Source: an uncultured Gemmatimonadaceae bacterium (lineage in GTDB: Bacteria; Gemmatimonadota; Gemmatimonadetes; Gemmatimonadales; Gemmatimonadaceae). From it: a DNA stretch of 64,000 bases. Location: positions 96,001 to 160,000 of the forward strand of contig CAWHHI010000020.1 in NCBI GenBank assembly GCA_963829055.1, given 5' to 3'. This document shows, piece after piece, positions 40,955 through 53,655 of this stretch (positions are counted from its first letter, which is position 1; every line of letters starts with the position of its first letter). The notes beneath the pieces are model-generated. The model saw only the letters and a program-made list of their open reading frames with translations. It was not told the origin of the DNA and ran no database searches. Both the position numbers and the translations under genes were made by a program.

Positions 40955-43900
40955 ATGAGCCGGCTGTGGCATGTCGTCGCGATCGCGACACTCGTCACGG
41001 GCATTCCGAGTATCCTCCAACCTCAGGGCCTCGCCGGCGCGGCGGTCGTCGGCGTCGTCACACGCCGCTCCGGCGATCCGGTCCCTCAGACGCGCGTCGT
41101 TCTCCGGAACACGAGCACGGGGTTCACGCGCGAGCAGCGAGCCGGTTCGAACGGCCGATTCGTGTTCGAGGGCGTTCCGCCCGGCGGACCGTACGAGCTC
41201 CGGGCGTTCGCCCTCGGGCTCGATCCCGCACGGTCAGCCGACACGTTCACACTGGCGCTCGGCGACCGGGTCGCGATCGACCTGGCATTTTCGGAACAGT
41301 CGGCGGCGGTCCTGCCGACCGTAGCGGTTCGATCCGACCCGCGTGGCAATGAAGGTGGACCGACGTTCTCCATGTCCAGTGAGATCGTCCACGACTTTCC
41401 GCTCCTCAACCGCGACTTTACGGGATTGTTCGCTACCATCCCGCAGGCGGTCAACGTTCGCGGGGAGTACTCCGTGAGCGGCCAGCTTCCGTCCCTGAAC
41501 GCGATTCAGATCGACGGCGGCATCGCCAGTGACGTCTACGGCGTATCGCGGACGCCCGGCGAGAATGCGGGTGCCAAGTCCATCTCGCTCGAGGCGATCG
41601 ACCAGATCCAGGTACTCGTCGCTCCGCTCGACGTGCGACAGGGTCGTTCACCGGTGCGCTCATCAATGCTGTCACCAGATCGGGCACGAACCGTTGGCAG
41701 GCGAGCGCGTTCTCGTCGGTGCAGGATCAGGTCCTCGTGGGCAAGGACACGGCGGGGACACGCGCGAACGGCTTCGACGTTCTCCAGTACGGCGCGACGA
41801 TCGGTGGCCCCATCATCCGGGACAAGCTGCACCTGTTCGTCGCCGCCGACCTGCAGCGGAGGCGAACGCCTTTCATCGGGCCGGACGCGAGCGACCCTGC
41901 GACCGGCATCAGCGTAACGACGGCGACGCGCGCGTCAGCCGCGTTTCGTACGGTGTACGGGTTCAATGCAGGTGGACCGGAGCCGCCCATGCTCAGTCAG
42001 CCCGATCGGTCCGTGTTCGCAAAGGTGACCTGGCAGCCGTCGAGTCGCCATCGCGTCGAGCTGTCGCACAACTGGGTGGACGCGTCGGACGAGAACCTCG
42101 GGCGCAACGCACGCTTCTCGGCGCTTCGTCCAGGCGGATGGGCGCTATCGCGAAGCGGCATGGTCACGTCGGACGTCATCCACACGACCCGGCTCCACGC
42201 CATGAGCGCGTTTGGATCGTTAGGTAACGAGCTCATTGCTGGCGTTCAAACGACGAACGAGGATCACGCCTCGACGCTCCGCTCGCCGCTGTTTGTCGTG
42301 CAGGGGGATTCGCCCGGGAGCTATCTGGCGGGAGGGTCGGTTGGCGGTGCGACCGGCACCATTCTCGATCAGCGCATGGCCGAGCTGACGGACAATGTCA
42401 CCCTTCTCCTCGGTTCACACGAGCTAACGGCGGGCGCGCACGCGGAATGGTATCGGTTCACCGACAACTTCTTCCCCAACTCGTGGGGGGCATGGCGCTT
42501 CCCAAGCGTCGAGGCGTTCGAGCAGAAGCAGCCGGACTGGTACCAGATTGCTTTGCCGCTCCGGCCCGGTGGACCGTTAGGCGACTTCGAAGCGGGCCAG
42601 GTGGCGGCGTACGTGCAGGACCGGTGGACGCCGGTGGAGCGATTCAGCGTCACCGCGGGCGTCCGCGCTGATCGCCCGCACAGCGACGTGCCGGCCGAGA
42701 ATCCAGCGCTCGCTTCGAGTGTGGCGTTAGGCGCCGGCTACTCGCGCCGGTTCGCCGTGGCGACGCAGCTCTCGCCGCGGCTTGGCCTCAGCTGGCGCGC
42801 GACCAACCGTCACGCGGTGGTGGTGCGCGCGGGCGCCGGAATGTTCGCCGCGCGTGCCCCGCAGGTCTGGCTCGGCAACGAGTTCGCGAGTTACCGGTCT
42901 CGATCAGGCGACGCTCGTGTGCACGACGAAGGAAGGCGTCCCGGCTCCTGTCGTCGAGCTTGGCTCGCTTCCTCGGCAGTGCACGAAGTCCGGAGGCACG
43001 ACGCCAATCAGCACGGCGGCGTACATCGGCCGCGGCTTCCGTTCGCCGCAGGTGTGGAAGTCGCTGGTCGGTATCGACGCGGTGCTGACGCGGCAGACGT
43101 CGGTCTCGATCGAATGTCGTGCGGACCGACGCGCGGTACCAGAATGTATGTCCGCGATGCGAACCTCACGCCGACGGGGACGAACGCCGAAGGCCGGGCA
43201 ATGTACGGACTTCCCGGCGCAACCGGCAGCCTAACGCCGTCCCGACCCGATCCTGCGTTCGGTCAGGTGCTCGCGTACGACAGCCGGGGTGGCGATCACT
43301 CAGCGGCGGTATCGGTGTCGGCTACGAAGCGGTGGAGCAATGGATCGATCGGACAGGTGGGATATCAGTGGTCGCGCGCGGTCGACGTGCTGACGCTGTT
43401 CAATCCCGGCGGGATGCTCATGTTCCAGAACTCGGCCCTCAATGGAACGATCGACGCACGCCGCCAGACACGATCAGGTACGGATGTGCCGCACAGTCTG
43501 GTGGCGAGCGCGGTTGCTCGGCTCCCATTCGCGGCGCAGGCGTCGTTCCTGCTGCGCGCGCAGAGCGGTCGTCCGTATAGCTACACCATGAGCGGCGATG
43601 CAAACGCGGATGGCGTGTCGCTGAACGACCTGTTCCATGTTCCTCGCGACTCGGCGGACGTCTCGTTGACGAATCACGAGCGGTGGGGCGAGCTCGATCG
43701 GTACGTCGAGAGCCACGCATGCCTGAGGGCGCAGCGCGGACGCATCATGGCCCGGAACTCGTGCCGCAACCCGGCCGTCCTGACGCTCGACGGGCGGCTC
43801 GCGAAGACCGTCTCCCTCGGGGGCATCCAGCGCATGGAGATCGGCGTCGACGTCTTCAACCTGCCGAATCTTCTCAACCGCGACTGGGGACTCGTTAGGG

Positions 43901-44070
43901 AAACGGCATCGAACCAGTCGGTCGCCATGCTCGGTGTGTCTGGATGGGATCCCGCGTTCAACCGGCCGCAGTACAAGTTCCTTCCGGGTGGGCTTCCGGT
44001 CGACAACGTAGCGCTGGTGGACGCATCGCAATGGAAGATCCAGCTAGGGATGCGGTACTGGCTTCGCTAA
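40955..44070 (+). CDS. TonB-dependent receptor, Oar-like (several frameshifts)
   Basis: Carboxypeptidase-regulatory N-domain, PLLNRDF, SISLEAI, QYGATIGGPIIRDKLHLF, AYVQDRW, C-terminal QLGMRY. Confidence 0.9.
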
Positions 44071-44124
44071 GACCCACACTCGCCGGCGGCGCCCGCCGCT
44101 GCGACCGATTCCGCGTCCATCGCA

Positions 44125-44799
44125 ATGCCGAGGACGGTCTTCCTCGGGTCGATCTTCACGTTGCGCGCCTTTCTGGTTCGAAGCGACGGGTCCCGAGTCG
44201 AGGTCCCGAAGCCGGAATGGTTCACGCCGAACTTCTCGGTCCTCGCCATCAACCCGGCGACGGGCATCGCGGCTGCGGTCGGCGTCGGTACCGCCGTCGT
44301 GACCGTCAGAGCAGACGGGCTCACGGCTAGCGCGATGCTCACGGTCGAAGCGCCGACGTCGACTGCCAATTCCGGCGCCCTTACGGTCAACGCCTTTTCC
44401 GTAGTCGAATTCAGATACGGCTCGGCTCCGGACCAGCCGTTCTACGCACCGCAACTGCTCGTGACGGCTGCGACCTCCACGTCCGTCACCATACTGACTC
44501 TCGTCTTCCACATCCCCGGGCTGGATGATCCCATCCCAGCCATAGGGTGCGGTGGCCGCATACTCGCCGGCGCAACGCGGCAGCTGAACGGAGAAGTGTA
44601 TGGCGACTGCACGTTCAGCCTCTTCGGACAGCGTGCGACCGGGGAGCCCGCGACCGCCGTGGTTACGTTCATCGACGACACGGGTGCTACGGGTACGATC
44701 ACGGTGCGCGGGCCCATCGAGTCCGGTGGGCTACCCGGCACCTACACGGGCGGCGAGAACGGTGGGCCCTGTTTTCACGGCCGCGGAAGTGGAAGCTGA
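44125..44799 (+). CDS. Hypothetical Ig-like-domain protein
   Basis: VLAINPATGIAAAVGVGTAVVTV, Big_2-like; start uncertain. Confidence 0.55.
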   Translation: MPRTVFLGSIFTLRAFLVRSDGSRVEVPKPEWFTPNFSVLAINPATGIAAAVGVGTAVVTVRADGLTASAMLTVEAPTSTANSGALTVNAFSVVEFRYGSAPDQPFYAPQLLVTAATSTSVTILTLVFHIPGLDDPIPAIGCGGRILAGATRQLNGEVYGDCTFSLFGQRATGEPATAVVTFIDDTGATGTITVRGPIESGGLPGTYTGGENGGPCFHGRGSGS

Positions 44800-47168
44800 C
44801 TAGGGTAGGGACGCGGCACCGGCCGCGCCAAGTCCCACTTGGGCAGCGACTCCAGAATTTGCCAGAAGCGCGGCCACGACCGCGCCTCGTCTGCGTTCGG
44901 CTGACAGACCGCGCGATAGACCGCGACGTCGCCCTTCGCCGCCGCTTTCGCCATCTCGTCGAGCCCGGCGTCGATCTCACCGGCGGCCATCTGGTCGAAC
45001 GCGATGCGCATTGGCGCAACCCATTTGCCCTCCCGGACTCGGGCGAGCGTTTCGTCCAAGCGCGGCTTCCCGTCGGCGTGAATGAGTTGCCAGTAGCCGA
45101 GCTCACCGCGCGCGAGTGTGTCGCGCAGCGCTGAGTCGCGTGCCGTCTTCGGCGGCCAGGCGATCCGAAGCTCCGCAACGGCCTCGTCCCACTTCCCCAG
45201 CCGTGCGAGCGAGCGTGCGACTCCGCCGTGCCCGAGTGCTGCTCGAGGCGAGATCATCACCAGCGACCGATAGAGCTCGAGCGCCTCACTCGGTCTATTG
45301 CTGCACAAACCGATAATGGCCTCCCGATCTATGAGGCCCGCGCGCATTGGATCGAGCCGACGGGCGATACGGGCCGCATCGCGTGCCTCGTTCCACGCCC
45401 ACGCATGGCGGTACAGGGCGGACTTCACCTGTTGGATTTCGGGATTGGCTGGATCCACGGCGATCGCTTTCGCGATCAGAGGCTCCACTGCACGCATCGA
45501 GTGTGTCTTGTACGCGCGCATTGCGGCGAGGTTGAGCCACGCCGACCCTTCCAGTGAGTCGAGCTCCAGCGCCTTGCTCGCCGCTCTCTCGGACTGCTCG
45601 ATACCCTCGTCGAACGGCACGCTCATCACCGTCACCGCAGTCGCCCAGTACGAGCTCAGTCCGGCCCAGGCGCGGGCGTTGGTCGCGTCGCGGCGGATGG
45701 CTTCCTCGAACGTCTGCCGCGCTGTCGCCTCGGAGGCCCCGTCCTCGAAGAGGAGGTCGTGCCAGCCCTTCATCGTCAAGCGAAATGACTCCGCGTCAAT
45801 GCGATCCGAACGGCCCCTTGGCATCTCGGTGACCGGAGCGCGGAACATCACGCCGGCGATCGCGGCACTCACCCGGCTCGACACGTCACGGGCCTGGTCC
45901 ACCAGGAACGCGTGGCGTCCGACGTCCGACCGAGTTCCGCTCGCGATATCGACCACGTATCCAGTGACGACGAAGCTATCCGACTCCTGGCTGAGCTTCC
46001 CGTCGAACGCGACCCGCGCGCCAAACTCGTTGCCAATGCGTGGGAGATCGATCGGTGTGGCGTCACGCAACGACCAGTTGGCGGACTTCGTGGTCTCGAG
46101 CCCACCAATGCCGCGGAGGCGCGTCACGATCTCGTCGTCAATCCCTGTCGCGAGGTAGCCGAGATCGGGGCGGTTGGTCGCATTCTTCATCGGCAGCACG
46201 AGCAACGTCTGCGGCCGAGCCGTCGGATGGAACTGTCTCGTTAGGTATGTGGCGATGGACGCCGCCACTAAAACGAGTGCCGTGGAAAGCACGGCGATCC
46301 GGTGAGTGTGTCGGGGCCTCGACCCGAGACCCGACGCCTCGGTTACCGTTTCCACCGGCGCGCGCACCACCACGTCGGCAGGACCGGCCGAGGCGCCGGG
46401 AGCAATCGCGGCCGGTGAGTGCGGCTGCAGCGGCTCGCGGTCCGGCACGCGCCGCGACCGTATTGCATCGGCCAGCCGAACCGTTTCCACCGAAGGCTCG
46501 GCCTCGAACTCCTCGGCGAGCCGCGCCCGGAAGCGCTCGTAGACGTCGAGGGCACGCGCGCGGTGGCCAGCGACGTCGAGCAGGGTGACGAGACGCCTAA
46601 CGACCGACTCGTCGATCGGATCGACCTTGAGCACACCGGCCAGCGCCTCGATGGCCCCCGCGAAGTCGCCACTCTCCTCGCACGCGGCGGCCAGCCCCAG
46701 TCCGGCGCTCCGTGCCAGTACGCGAGTGCGCATCCGTTCCTCGTGCAGCCACGTCTCGAAGCCTTCAGCTTCGCCGACGTGCAGTCCGGGTAACGCATCG
46801 CCTTCGTACCGCGCGAGCGCGTCGCCGAATCGGCCCGCGGCGACATCTGCCTCGAGCAGCGCGGCGTCGGTCCTGAGAAGCGACGGGTCTATCGACACCT
46901 CTTCGTCGCCCCGGGTGCGAATCACGCCGTCGTCGAGGTGCTGGCGCAACACGTACAGCGCGTTGCGGAGCGCGGTACGCGCGTGCGCGGTGTCGAGCCC
47001 CGGCCAGAACGCGGCGAGCAATACGTCCCGCCAATGCCATACGCCGGGGCGTGGCGAGGAAAGGTAGGCGAGCAGCGCGAGTCGCTTCGGCTGTCGCAGC
47101 ACCTCGTCCAATTCGGAACCGTCGGTTCGAGTCAGTCGAATCGAGCCGAGCGTTTGGAGAAGCATCAT
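44775..47168 (-). CDS. SARP/BTAD transcriptional regulator with TM, TolB-like and TPR domains
   Basis: QPKRLALLAYL, ARTALRNALYVLR, DPIDES, EFEAEPSVET, LLVLPMKN. Confidence 0.88.
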   Translation of the reverse strand: MMLLQTLGSIRLTRTDGSELDEVLRQPKRLALLAYLSSPRPGVWHWRDVLLAAFWPGLDTAHARTALRNALYVLRQHLDDGVIRTRGDEEVSIDPSLLRTDAALLEADVAAGRFGDALARYEGDALPGLHVGEAEGFETWLHEERMRTRVLARSAGLGLAAACEESGDFAGAIEALAGVLKVDPIDESVVRRLVTLLDVAGHRARALDVYERFRARLAEEFEAEPSVETVRLADAIRSRRVPDREPLQPHSPAAIAPGASAGPADVVVRAPVETVTEASGLGSRPRHTHRIAVLSTALVLVAASIATYLTRQFHPTARPQTLLVLPMKNATNRPDLGYLATGIDDEIVTRLRGIGGLETTKSANWSLRDATPIDLPRIGNEFGARVAFDGKLSQESDSFVVTGYVVDIASGTRSDVGRHAFLVDQARDVSSRVSAAIAGVMFRAPVTEMPRGRSDRIDAESFRLTMKGWHDLLFEDGASEATARQTFEEAIRRDATNARAWAGLSSYWATAVTVMSVPFDEGIEQSERAASKALELDSLEGSAWLNLAAMRAYKTHSMRAVEPLIAKAIAVDPANPEIQQVKSALYRHAWAWNEARDAARIARRLDPMRAGLIDREAIIGLCSNRPSEALELYRSLVMISPRAALGHGGVARSLARLGKWDEAVAELRIAWPPKTARDSALRDTLARGELGYWQLIHADGKPRLDETLARVREGKWVAPMRIAFDQMAAGEIDAGLDEMAKAAAKGDVAVYRAVCQPNADEARSWPRFWQILESLPKWDLARPVPRPYPSQLPLPRP

Positions 47169-47419
47169 GCGGCCCAACGATGTGTCCACGCGCATCGAGA
47201 CGTAAGAGGACATGCACCCAGTTGGCCAGCATGTCACGCCACCGTGTTCCGACCGTGAGCCGAGCGTGAGTCGAAAGTGGTTCGGCCGCGAATAGGCCGA
47301 GCAACGTCGGGATCACCGATGATCACGGTTGTCTCACACTCCGCTTTGGATCGATCTCCATCGTGCGGCCGTTGGCTTCGCCACTCGGCGGAGCGCCGCT
47401 TTCACCTGGAGAGTCTCAT

Positions 47420-48851
47420 ATGAGCACGTCGTGCAGACCGATCGCCCGGTTGTTCGGGGCTGCTGCCGTTGTTGTATCCGGGCTTGCGTGCGGGCCGGAT
47501 TCGTCGGCGACCCGTATCACGCAGCCCGCCGCCCCCTCGCTTGGATCATCAACCGATCGGCAACGACTGCCGCACGCCGAGGCGGAGGCAGCGCTCGCCT
47601 CGGTCTTAGCGGCCAACGACCGGGCCACCATCTCGGCGCCGTCACTCGTTCCGCCGGGCGCCCCGCTCGCACCCTTTATCGAAGCGCGGCTCTACTCCAT
47701 CGCGAATCTCGCCGTTCACGACGCCCTCAACGCGATCATCCCGCGATTCGCGCGTTACGCAGACACGGGCCCGCTCGTGCCGGACGCCAACGCCGCGGCC
47801 GCCGTGCTCAAGGCGGCGCACGACGCGATCGTCGGCGCGGCGCCGGCTGCGCAGGCGGCCGTGGATACATGGTATGCGGGGCAGATCGCGGGACTCGCGG
47901 GCAGCGACGGGTTGGCGAATGGCGTCGCCCTCGGGGCTCGTGTGGCTGCCGCGATTCTCGCGAACCGAGCCAACGATGGTGTGGCAGGCGGCGGCGTTGC
48001 GCCGTACACGCCCGGCACCAACCCCGGCGACTACCGGTTCACGTTCCCGTTTAACACGCCGGGGTTCGACTTCTTCGGCACCGGAGGACTTCGCCGACGC
48101 CTCGCGGTGGGGCAACACCGTCGCGCCGTTCGTGCTCACGAGCGCGTCGCAGTTCCGCGCCCCGCCGCCGTACGGGGCGGCGTCGAACGCTGCGGCCGTG
48201 CTCACGCCGCTCTACACGGCGGACTTCAACGAGGTGAAGGCCCTCGGCTGCATGGGGTGCGCGGCTCGAACAGCGGAGCAGACCGAGATCGCGCTCTTCT
48301 GGATGGAGAACTCGCCGACCGGCTGGAACCGCATTGCGCGCACCGTGGCCGACCAGCGGAACCTGGACGCGTGGGACGCTGCGCGGCTGTTCGCGGTGCT
48401 GGCCGTCAGCGAGTTCGACGCCTATACCGCGAGCCTCGAGTCCAAATACTTCTACAACTTCTGGCGTCCAGTGACCGCCGTCGCGCTGGCGGGCACGGAC
48501 AACAATCCCGCGACGGCGTCGGCGGCGGGCTGGGAGGTGCTGGCGTTCCCGACGCCGCCGGTGCCCGACTATCCGAGCGCGCATTCCACGGCCGGCGGCG
48601 CCGCGGCCGCCGTCATTGAAGCGCTCGTCCCGGGACGAGGCCAGGCGATCACCACCACGAGCGGATCGCTGCCCGGCGTGTCGCGGACGTTCGCGAGTGT
48701 CGCCGACGCCCAGGACGAGAACGCGGCCTCGCGCATCTACATCGGCTATCACTTCCGCCACGCAACGGTTGAAGGGATCGCGCAGGGGCGACGTGTGGGC
48801 GCCTACGTCGCGTCGCACGTGCTTCTTCCGGTCACGAAGGAGGAGCGATGA
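47420..48851 (+). CDS. Vanadium-dependent haloperoxidase / PAP2 superfamily lipoprotein (frameshift near 48085)
   Basis: KYFYNFWRPVTA, PDYPSAHS, SRIYIGYHF. Confidence 0.85.
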
Positions 48852-50296
48852 GGTCGCACAATCTTCTGTCGACGCTCGCGGTCATCTCCGCCGCTGCCTG
48901 CTCGACTGACGAGCCCACCGCCGCCGTCGATCACCAACTCCGGCCGTCCTTCTCGTCATCACAGGAGAGAGTCGCGATCTGCCACGAGAGCGGGTGGGGC
49001 GCTGGCTACCTCGAGGTCGCCCAGCCTGCGCTCAAGGGCCACCTCGGCCATGGCGACTACGTGACGACGCTGGTCGTGAGCCACGACGCCGCGCAGACGG
49101 GCAATGGCGTCCACTTCGTCCGGATCGGCGACGCGTTAGGCGCGGCGCGCGCCGGGCGCCTCGACCGCGGCGAGCTCGCCGAAGCCGCGTGCCGCATCAC
49201 CATCGCGGTGGCGGCCGGCGTCTACAACGGGACCGTCACCGGCCAGCCGTTCGACGACATCGATCGCTTTCCGCTGATCGTGGACGTACCGGACATCACG
49301 CTGCGTGGCGCGCTGGTGATGGGGCTGGACGAAGCCGGACGGGCGACCGGCGACGCAACGGGAGGGGTCGCGACGACTCTGCGCCCCGTCGAACCGCTTC
49401 CCAACATTGCCGGATCCCAGACGCCGATCATCATTGCCAATGCTCATCCCGGCGGCTCCGCGGGGAACGGGCTGTCGGTCGAAGGCTTTGTCTTCGAGTC
49501 CGGTCATGCTCCTCCGGCGAGTCACGGGGGCATCGGTGTGCTGAGCATGCGAGTCGTCGGGCTGACCATCCGAGGAAATCGATTCAGCGCGTTCCTCGAC
49601 GGTGTCGACCTCCGAGCCGGCAACGCCGACGTAGCGCAGAATCTGTTCGCGACGAACGACGACTGTGACATCTGCCTGGCGGGCCCCGGGCGCTTCAGCG
49701 CGACAGGGAATCGGATCCTCGAGAGCGGAATCGCCGGGATCATCGCGGGCACAGTCATCAGTCTGCCGCTTCCGAGCGCCGTCGAGCCGTATGCTCTCGC
49801 CGCAACGAGCGAGACGTGGGCGGAGATCCGGAACAACGAGGTGCGGGACCACCGCCGCATTCCGGTGGGCGTCGGCATCCGGCTGGACGCGTTAGGCGTC
49901 GGCGCCCCGAACGTGCACGGCGTCGTCCACGCGGTGATTCAGGACAACCTACTGGTCAACAACCGGTTCGGAATGATGCTGCACGCCGGCTTTCCGGTCG
50001 CGGGCACCGACCGAACGAGCAACGTCAATGTGACGTTAGGCGACAATGTGATCCAGCAGAGCTGCCAGGCGAAGCTGCTCGTGGCGCTGTCTCGCCACCA
50101 AACGGCGCTGGGGTTGAACGCCAACACGTCTCTCCTCAACTCGACGTACCAGCTGTCGCTCGGCGGGCACGTGGACTGGAACGACGTGTGGTTCGCCCAT
50201 GCGGCCGGGTTCGGAAACACGCTCATCGTGGACGGGCAGACAATCGCGAACGGGAGCCGGCAGTTCTATAGCGCGGCGGGATGTCCGGGACTCTGA
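48848..50296 (+). CDS. Lipoprotein with parallel beta-helix repeats
   Basis: Lipobox AAAC; repeated IRGN/IRNN/IQDN strands; ATGA overlap with the upstream gene. Confidence 0.7.
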   Translation: MRSHNLLSTLAVISAAACSTDEPTAAVDHQLRPSFSSSQERVAICHESGWGAGYLEVAQPALKGHLGHGDYVTTLVVSHDAAQTGNGVHFVRIGDALGAARAGRLDRGELAEAACRITIAVAAGVYNGTVTGQPFDDIDRFPLIVDVPDITLRGALVMGLDEAGRATGDATGGVATTLRPVEPLPNIAGSQTPIIIANAHPGGSAGNGLSVEGFVFESGHAPPASHGGIGVLSMRVVGLTIRGNRFSAFLDGVDLRAGNADVAQNLFATNDDCDICLAGPGRFSATGNRILESGIAGIIAGTVISLPLPSAVEPYALAATSETWAEIRNNEVRDHRRIPVGVGIRLDALGVGAPNVHGVVHAVIQDNLLVNNRFGMMLHAGFPVAGTDRTSNVNVTLGDNVIQQSCQAKLLVALSRHQTALGLNANTSLLNSTYQLSLGGHVDWNDVWFAHAAGFGNTLIVDGQTIANGSRQFYSAAGCPGL

Positions 50297-50373
50297 GTAC
50301 CCGAGCTTGCGTCGCGCCGCCGGAAGCTCGCCTGTCAGGGCACCTCGTTAGGTGCCCTGGCAGTCCCACGGAG

Positions 50374-50940
50374 TCATTGCTCCTGTCGCAGCTCCCGGAA
50401 TAACCAGGCCCTCGCGAGCTGCCACTCCCGTTTCACCGTGCGTGGCGAGCGCCCGAGCACGTGCGCTGTCTCATCGACCGTCAGGCCAGCGAAAAACCGC
50501 ATCTCCACAATCCGCACCTGATCCGGGTCAATGTCCGCAAGGCGCTCGAGCGCCTCGTCGATCGCGAGCACGTCGGCAATGTCGCTCGCTTCGTCCGTCG
50601 CGGCTGCGAGTGACACGAACGTCGCTGATCCACCACGCTTCGCGGTGTGCTTCGCGCGGGCGTGATCGACCAGAATCCGTCGCATGAGCCGCGCGGCGAT
50701 GCCAAAGAAGTGCGCACGATTCGCCCAGCTCGCCCGTCGCTGATCCACGAGCCGCAGATACAGCTCGTGCACGAGAGCAGTGGGATCCAGCGTATGGTCG
50801 CCGCGCTCTTGCCGGAGCTGCCGAGCGGCGATTCGGCGGCACTCGTCGTAGATCAACGGAACGAGCGCATCGAACGCCGAACCGTCACCGTCGGACCAGC
50901 GTCCGAGTAACGTTGTAATGTCGCCAGGCGATCTCTCCAC
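50374..50940 (-). CDS. ECF sigma-70 factor (STK-associated type)
   Basis: HTLDPTALVHELYLRL, HFFGIAARLMRRILVDHAR, SPRTVKREW. Confidence 0.92.
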   Translation of the reverse strand: MERSPGDITTLLGRWSDGDGSAFDALVPLIYDECRRIAARQLRQERGDHTLDPTALVHELYLRLVDQRRASWANRAHFFGIAARLMRRILVDHARAKHTAKRGGSATFVSLAAATDEASDIADVLAIDEALERLADIDPDQVRIVEMRFFAGLTVDETAHVLGRSPRTVKREWQLARAWLFRELRQEQ

Positions 50941-50948
50941 GGAGTTGG

Positions 50949-53541
50949 CTACTCCAGCCCGGCACGCACCAGCAGCGCTTGAAAGCGTGGATCGCGTCTG
51001 AGCGCCGGCGTGTTCCCATCGACGTTGAAATACGCCACCACGTTGGATCGCTCGGCGAACGCCTTCTCCGCCCACACGACGGCACTGTCGACTTCGGAGA
51101 GGGAGGCGTAATGCTCGCGATCGACCACGCGGGCACGAACTCCGTCCTCGATCGCTCGAGCAGCTCTCGCAATGTTGCTCGTGCGGCACGCGTGTCGCCT
51201 GCGTGTGCCTGGATGGGGCCCAGGAGCGCGAGGCTGGGCGACGCGCCGTGCATGACCGACACGAGCCGGTGCGCGTGCGCAAGCGCGCTGTCGTGGCGAC
51301 CCGCCGCGTCGAACGCGCCGGCAAGACGCATGTGCGCCTGGAATGTACGTCGAGTCGAGGCTCAACGTGCGCTGAAGCTGCGCGATGGCCTCGTCGTTGC
51401 GGCCCGCGTTGCCAAGCACCCACGCCACGTTCGTATTGACGATGAGTGAGAAGGGGTCGAGCTCTCGCGCAATGAAAACCTGATCGAGGGACTCATCGAA
51501 CCGGCGGCGCGACATCAACAGGTTCGCGTACCGAGATGCGCGCCATCGAGTAGTTGGGATTCAACTCGATCGCTCGTCGAAACTCCTGCTCGGCCTCCGT
51601 CCACCGGAGCTGGTAATGACGGACATACCCAAGAGCAGCGTGCGCCTCCGCCGAATTGGCATCGAGCTGCAAGGCCTTGATCGCCTCGGCGGCGGCACGG
51701 GGCCGCATTGCCTGGGGTGAGCTCGTGCCCACCATGACAGTACCAAGCTGATTGAAGCAATCGGCGAGCGCGGCGTGCGCTGGTGCATATGTCGGGTCCA
51801 GCTCGACTGCTCGGCTATAGTGCGCGACCGCGCGCTGTAACGATTCGGAGGTGCGTTGATTCCATTCATAACGGCCGGCGAGGTACGCCTCGTAGACATC
51901 GGGCCGCACGGCGCGCACGGTGGCGAACCGTTCCTGCGCGGCAGGACGCACGGCGAGCCGCACGGCGAGCGCGAGCGCACGTGCGACATCCGCCTGTAGT
52001 GCGAGAACATCGCTCGCATTCCGGTCGTACGTGTCGGACCAGAGTACGCGGCCGCTCTCGGCCTCAATGAGCCGCAGATCGATGACGACACGATCCGGCG
52101 CACGCCGCAATGAGCCGTCGAGCAGAACGTTGGCGCCAAGCGAGCGGCCAATGGCCTCCGGAGTCTTTGCGACACGTATCGCGCGGGCAGCCGATACAGG
52201 ACCGATGATGCGCGCGTCGGTCAACGCGCCAAGCTGCGCCGTCAGTGCCTCCGAGAATCCGACCGCGTAATACGCTCCGCCGGGATTCCCGCTGGCATCG
52301 CGAAACGGAAGGATCGCGATCGCTGAAACGCGTACGGGCGACTGCGCGAGCCGACCCGCCACGTACCGGCCAGCAAGAGCGAGCAGCGGCAACAATGCGA
52401 GCGTCACGCCGACCACAAGCAACGTTCGACGTCGAACCGTGACGAGTAACCGCCCAACGATCGGCCAGGCACGACGACGGCGGATGGCATCGAGCGCGGC
52501 GCGCACATCGCGCGCGCTCTGATAGCGGGCTTTCGGATCCTTGAGGAGACATCGCTCGATCACCAGACGCAGTGCGAGCGGCGTCCGGGAATCCAACGCA
52601 CTGGGCGGCTCGCTCAGGATGGCGGAGCTGACCTCGTACGGCGTGCGCCCGGTGAACGGCAGCGTGCCACTCACCAGCTCGTGCAGCAGCACACCTAACG
52701 CCCAGACGTCGCTGCGCGCGTCCGCCTCGCCACCGAGCAGGACTTCCGGCGCCATGTGACTCAGTGTTCCGGCCAGCGCGCCCTGCACCGTCAGCGATGG
52801 CTCGGCGGAAGCGTCGTTCACTGTGGGCAATCGCTTCGCGAGCCCGAAGTCGAGCACGATCGCGCGACCGGTCGCGTCGACGACGACGTTGGAGCTCTTC
52901 AGATCGCGGTGAACGATCCCGTGGTCATGGGCGTAGGCGAGGGCGTCCGCGACCTGCGCTCCGAATGCCTAACGTCCGTGGCAGATCGACGCCGCCCGCC
53001 TGAATCATCTCGCGGAGTGAGCGACCATCGATGTGCTGCATGACAATGAACGGCCGCTCGCCCGAGGTGTCGACTCCCGAGGTACCGACTTCATCGATGG
53101 CGCGCAAATGTTCGGGTGTGAGAGACGCGACGCATGGCGTGCTTCGCGAATCAGGCGTCGCGCCGCCGACGGATCGTGGTCGGCGGTGACGGTCTTGATC
53201 GCGACGACCCGGTCGAGGACAGAATGGCGAGCGCAATAGACCTCGCCCATTCCTCCCGCGGCAATGAAATCGATGATCTCGTAGACGCCGAGCCGCGTCC
53301 CGGACGCGAGGCGCGACGGTACGGCGTCGGCCCCGGTAAGCAGCGCGGGCGCCGGAGTCTCGCAGAAGGTGCCCGCCGCGTCGTCGCTCGCGAGCAGCGA
53401 CTCTACTTCGACGCGAAGCTCATCGTCCCCGGCGCATGCGTGCAGGACAAATGCATGGCGGTCTGCGCCCGAACGCTCGATCGCGTCGAGAAAGACCGCC
53501 TTGACCTCTGCCCATCGGTCCGGCCGGACGGACTCTGGCAT
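50949..53541 (-). CDS. Ser/Thr protein kinase with TolB-like and TPR domains (multiple frameshifts)
   Basis: GGMGEVY, VAIK, HRDLK, LDFGLAK, MAPE, SDVWALG, AIAILPF, TPR repeats. Confidence 0.9.
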
Positions 53542-53655
53542 TGGCCCACGATACGGCCGGGCGGGAGTGGCAGCAAGCGGCGGCACGCCGGGGAGCGGCG
53601 AGGCCGCTCCCTGGCGAATACTTCACCATTCACCGTCTGATCAGGCAATGTGCAG